A stretch of DNA of 64,000 bases from contig OZ059900.1 in assembly GCA_964057225.1 (NCBI GenBank), positions 22,382,001 through 22,446,000 of the forward strand, read 5' to 3'. The notes below the pieces were generated by a model that had not been told where the DNA came from, did not search any database, and saw only the letters and a list, made by a program, of their open reading frames with translations. Positions 58,800 through 64,000 of this stretch are shown here, piece after piece. The position numbers and the translations under genes were made by a program. Each line of letters begins with the position of its first letter. The first letter of the stretch is position 1. Source of the stretch: Auanema rhodensis (taxonomy: Eukaryota > Animalia > Nematoda).

Positions 58800-61700
58800 C
58801 ACTAGAAAAATACAAAAACACAGTATTTCCCATGAGAAATATTTTATTATGCTGGAAAACCAGTTTTTGGAAATTTCGCTGTAAACAAGGTTTTGACTTA
58901 CGATTTCATGTGTTCAAACTCATGCAATGTCAATGAAACCTAGCTCAAAATTGTTCCTACAACGTCTAGTTCCACTTTCACGACAAAAAACAGGGGTTAG
59001 AAAATTAAGGAAATTAGCATATTCTGAGGGCACGCCTCTATGGCTTATATTGATTAAATCGATTTTTGTTCATATGATTCGTCAAATGCATTGAATTTCA
59101 GCGTGTTACATACTAAAATGAAGTGTTTTACATGCTGAACACTAGAAAAATACAAAAACACAGTATTTCCCATGAGAAATATTTTATTATGCTGGAAAAC
59201 CAGTTTTTGGAAATTTCGCTGTAAACAAGGTTTTGACTTACGATTTCATGTGTTCAAACTCATGCAATGTCAATGAAACCTAGCTCAAAATTGTTCCTAC
59301 AACGTCTAGTTCCACTTTCACGACAAAAAACAGGGGTTAGAAAATTAAGGAAATTAGCATATTCTGAGGGCACGCCCCTTATGGCTAATATTGATTAAAT
59401 CGATTTTTGTTCATATGAGTCGTCAAATGCAACGAATTTCAGCGTGTTACATACTAAAATGAAGCATTTTACATGCTGAACACTATAAAAATACAAAAAC
59501 ACAGTATTTCCCATGAGAAATATTTTATTATGCTGGAAAACCAGTTTTTGGAAATTTCGCTGTAAACAAGGTTTTGACTTACGATTTCATGTGTTCAAAC
59601 TCATGCAATGTCAATGAAACCTAGCTCAAAATTGTTCCTACAACGTCTAATTCCACTTTCACGACAAAAAAACAGGGGTTAGAAAATTAAGGAAATTAGC
59701 ATATTCTGAGGGCACGCCCCTTATGGCTAATATTGATTAAATCGATTTTTGTTCATATGAGTCGTCAAATGCAACGAATTTTAGCGTGTTACATACTAAA
59801 ATGAAGCATTTTACATGCTGAACACTAGAAAAATACAAAAACACAGTATTTCCCATGAGAAATATTTTATTATGCTGGAAAACCAGTTTTTGGAAATTTC
59901 GCTGTAAACAAGGTTTTGACTTACGATTTCATGTGTTCAAACTCATGCAATGTCAATGAAACCTAGCTCAAAATTGTTCGTACAACGTCTAGTTCCACTT
60001 TCACGACAAAAAAACAGGGGTTAGAAAATTAAGGAAATTAGCATATTCTGAGGGCACGCCCCTTATGGCTAATATTGATTAAATCGATTTTTGTTCATAT
60101 GAGTCGTCAAATGCAACGAATTTTAGCGTGTTACATACTAAAATGAAGCATTTTACATGCTGAACACTAGAAAAATACAAAAACACAGTATTTCCCATGA
60201 GAAATATTTTATTATGCTGGAAAACCAGTTTTTGGAAATTTCGCTGTAAACAAGGTTTTGACTTACGATTTCATGTGTTCAAACTCATGCAATGTCAATG
60301 AAACCTAGCTCAAAATTGTTCGTACAACGTCTAGTTCCACTTTCACGACAAAAAAACAGGGGTTAGAAAATTAAGGAAATTAGCATATTCTGAGGGCACG
60401 CCCCTTATGGCTAATATTGATTAAATCGATTTTTGTTCATATGAGTCGTCAAATGCAACGAATTTCAGCGTATTACAAACTAAAATGAAGTATTTCACAT
60501 GCTGAACACTAGAAAAATACAAAAACACAGTATTTCCCATGAGAAATATTTTATTATGCTGGAAAACCAGTTTTTGGAAATTTCGCTGTAAACAAGGTTT
60601 TGACTTACGATTTCATGTGTTCAAACTCATGCAATGTCAATGAAACCTTGCTCAAAATTGTTCCTACAACGTCTAGTTCCACTTTCACGACAAAAAAACA
60701 GGGGTTAGAAAATTTAGGAAATTAGCATATTCTGAGGGCACGCCCCTTATGGCTAATATTGATTAAATCGATTTTTGTTCATATGAGTCGTCAAATGAAA
60801 CGAATTTCAGGGTGTTACATACTAAAATGAAGCATTTTACATGCTGAACACTATAAAAATACAAAAACACAGTATTTCCCATGAGAAATATTTTATTATG
60901 CTGGAAAACCAGTTTTTGGAAAGTTCGCTGTAAACAAGGTTTTGACTTACGATTTCATGTGTTCAAACTCATGCAATGTCAATGAAACCTAGCTCAAAAT
61001 TGTTCCTACAACGTCTAATTCCACTTTCACGACAAAAAAACAGGGGTTAGAAAATTAAGGAAATTAGCACATTCTGAGGGCACGCCCCTTATGGCTAATA
61101 TTGATTAAATCGATTTTTGTTCATATGAGTCGTCAAATGCAACGAATTTCAGCGTGTTACATACTAAAATGAAGTATTTTACATGCTGAACACTAGAAAA
61201 ATACAAAAACACAGTATTTCCCATGAGAAATATTTTATTATGCTGGAAAACCAGTTTTTGGAAATTTCGCTGTAAACAAGGTTTTGACTTACGATTTCAT
61301 GTGTTCAAACTCATGCAATGTCAATGAAACCTAGCTCAAAATTGTTCCTACAACGTCTAGTTCCACTTTCACGACAAAAAACAGGGGTTAGAAAATTAAG
61401 GAAATTAGCATATTCTGAGGGCACGCCTCTATGGCTTATATTGATTAAATCGATTTTTGTTCATATGATTCGTCAAATGCATTGAATTTCAGCGTGTTAC
61501 ATACTAAAATGAAGTGTTTTACATGCTGAACACTAGAAAAATACAAAAACACAGTATTTCCCTTGAGAAATATTTTACTATGCTGGAAAACCAGTTTTTG
61601 GAAATTTCGCTGTAAACAAGGTTTTGACTTACGATTTCATGTGTTCAAACTCATGCAATGTCAATGAAACCTAGCTCAAAATTGTTCCTACAACGTCTAG

Positions 61701-62830
61701 TTCCACTTTCACGACAAAAAACAGGGGTTAGAAAATTAAGGAAATTAGCATATTCTGAGGGCACGCCCCTTATGGCTAATATTGATTAAATCGATTTTTG
61801 TTCATATGAGTCGTCAAATGCAACGAATTTCAGCGTGTTACATACTAAAATGAAGCATTTTACATGCTGAACACTATAAAAATACAAAAACACAGTATTT
61901 CCCATGAGAAATATTTTATTATGCTGGAAAACCAGTTTTTGGAAATTTCGCTGTAAACAAGGTTTTGACTTACGATTTCATGTGTTCAAACTCATGCAAT
62001 GTCAATGAAACCTAGCTCAAAATTGTTCCTACAACGTCTAATTCCACTTTCACGACAAAAAAACAGGGGTTAGAAAATTAAGGAAATTAGCATATTCTGA
62101 GGGCACGTCCCTTATGGCTAATATTGATTAAATCGATTTTTGTTCATATGAGTCGTCAAATGCAACGAATTTTAGCGTGTTACATACTAAAATGAAGCAT
62201 TTTACATGCTGAACACTAGAAAAATACAAAAACACAGTATTTCCCATGAGAAATATTTTATTATGCTGGAAAACCAGTTTTTGGAAATTTCGCTGTAAAC
62301 AAGGTTTTGACTTACGATTTCATGTGTTCAAACTCATGCAATGTCAATGAAACCTAGCTCAAAATTGTTCGTACAACGTCTAGTTCCACTTTCACGACAA
62401 AAAAACAGGGGTTAGAAAATTAAGGAAATTAGCATATTCTGAGGGCACGCCCCTTATGGCTAATATTGATTAAATCGATTTTTGTTCATATGAGTCGTCA
62501 AATGCAACGAATTTTAGCGTGTTACATACTAAAATGAAGCATTTTACATGCTGAACACTAGAAAAATACAAAAACACAGTATTTCCCATGAGAAATATTT
62601 TATTATGCTGGAAAACCAGTTTTTGGAAATTTCGCTGTAAACAAGGTTTTGACTTACGATTTCATGTGTTCAAACTCATGCAATGTCAATGAAACCTAGC
62701 TCAAAATTGTTCGTACAACGTCTAGTTCCACTTTCACGACAAAAAAACAGGGGTTAGAAAATTAAGGAAATTAGCATATTCTGAGGGCACGCCCCTTATG
62801 GCTAATATTGATTAAATCGATTTTTGTTCA
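58050..62830. repeat. 7-mer tandem duplication, period 2,391 bp
   Basis: A distinctive divergent monomer (CACGCCTCTA, ATGATTC, GCATTG, AAGTGTTT) occurs at 58800 and 61191; GCGTATTACAAAC occurs at 58081/60472. Ends are approximate. Confidence 0.85.
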
Positions 62831-64000
62831 TATGAGTCGTCAAATGCAACGAATTTCAGCGTGTTACATACTAAAATGAAGCATTTTACATGCTGAACAC
62901 TAGAAAAATACAAAAACACAGTATTTCCCATGAGAAATATTTTATTATGCTGGAAAACCAGTTTTTGGAAATTTCGCTGTAAACAAGGTTTTGACTTACG
63001 ATTTCATGTGTTCAAACTCATGCAATGTCAATGAAACCTAGCTCAAAATTGTTCCTACAACGTCTAGTTCCACTTTCACGACAAAAAAAACAGGGGTTAG
63101 AAAATTTAGGAAATTAGCATATTCTGAGGGCACGCCCCTTATGGCTAATATTGATTAAATCGATTTTTGTTCATATGAGTCGTCAAATGCAACGAATTTC
63201 AGCGTATTACAAACTAAAATGAAGTATTTCACATGCTGAACACTAGAAAAATACAAAAACACAGTATTTCCCATGAGAAATATTTTATTATGCTGGAAAA
63301 CCAGTTTTTGGAAATTTCGCTGTAAATAAGGTTTTGACTTACGATTTCATGTGTTCAAACTCATGCAATGTCAATGAAACCTTGCTCAAAATTGTTCCTA
63401 CAACGTCTAGTTCCACTTTCACGACAAAAAAACAGGGGTTAGAAAATTTAGGAAATTAGCATATTCTGAGGGCACGCCCCTTATGGCTAATATTGATTAA
63501 ATCGATTTTTGTTCATATGAGTCGTCAAATGAAACGAATTTCAGGGTGTTACATACTAAAATGAAGCATTTTACATGCTGAACACTATAAAAATACAAAA
63601 ACACAGTATTTCCCATGAGAAATATTTTATTATGCTGGAAAACCAGTTTTTGGAAAGTTCGCTGTAAACAAGGTTTTGACTTACGATTTCATGTGTTCAA
63701 ACTCATGCAATGTCAATGAAACCTAGCTCAAAATTGTTCCTACAACGTCTAATTCCACTTTCACGACAAAAAAACAGGGGTTAGAAAATTAAGGAAATTA
63801 GCACATTCTGAGGGCACGCCCCTTATGGCTAATATTGATTAAATCGATTTTTGTTCATATGAGTCGTCAAATGCAACGAATTTCAGCGTGTTACATACTA
63901 AAATGAAGTATTTTACATGCTGAACACTAGAAAAATACAAAAACACAGTATTTCCCATGAGAAATATTTTATTATGCTGGAAAACCAGTTTTTGGAAATT

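Larger units (their letters stand above)
1..64000. repeat. Tandem satellite DNA array, 342-bp monomer, 187 full copies plus a partial copy; runs off both window edges
   Basis: CACTAGAAAAATACAAAAAC recurs at 1, 343, 685 ... 3421 (1+10x342), 6841, 10261 and 13681. The 188th copy starts at 63925, a net -30 bp from single-base indels. All copies are in the same orientation and about 98-100% identical. Confidence 0.99.

Noticed and set aside
1-64000. CRISPR array or other repeat-spacer system
   Set aside because: There are no unique spacers, the entire 342 bp is repeated, and no cas or other genes are present.
1-64000. Assignment to a named insect, plant or vertebrate satellite of about 340-360 bp
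   Set aside because: Similar length and AT-richness are insufficient, and I do not recognise the sequence. A database search is needed.

Overview
The whole 64 kb window is one uninterrupted head-to-tail array of a 342-bp AT-rich satellite monomer (about 34% GC by hand count). It holds 187 complete copies plus 76 bp, all in one orientation, with no inversions or foreign insertions seen. Monomers differ from consensus at only about 0-8 positions. I found no supportable protein-coding gene, RNA gene, transposon or CRISPR array, and all six reading frames are closed within each monomer. This looks like eukaryotic satellite heterochromatin, possibly (peri)centromeric, but that is inference; I do not recognise the satellite family or species. 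The informative structure lies in the rare variants, which define nested local higher-order duplications (2-, 3-, 4/5-, 6-, 7-, 7/9-, 11-, 12- and 25-mers). The largest is a near-identical tandem duplication with an 8,542-bp unit. Variant sets also turn over from left to right, and the monomer is rich in dyad symmetries. I see no evidence of a novel gene system here. All alignments were done by eye.
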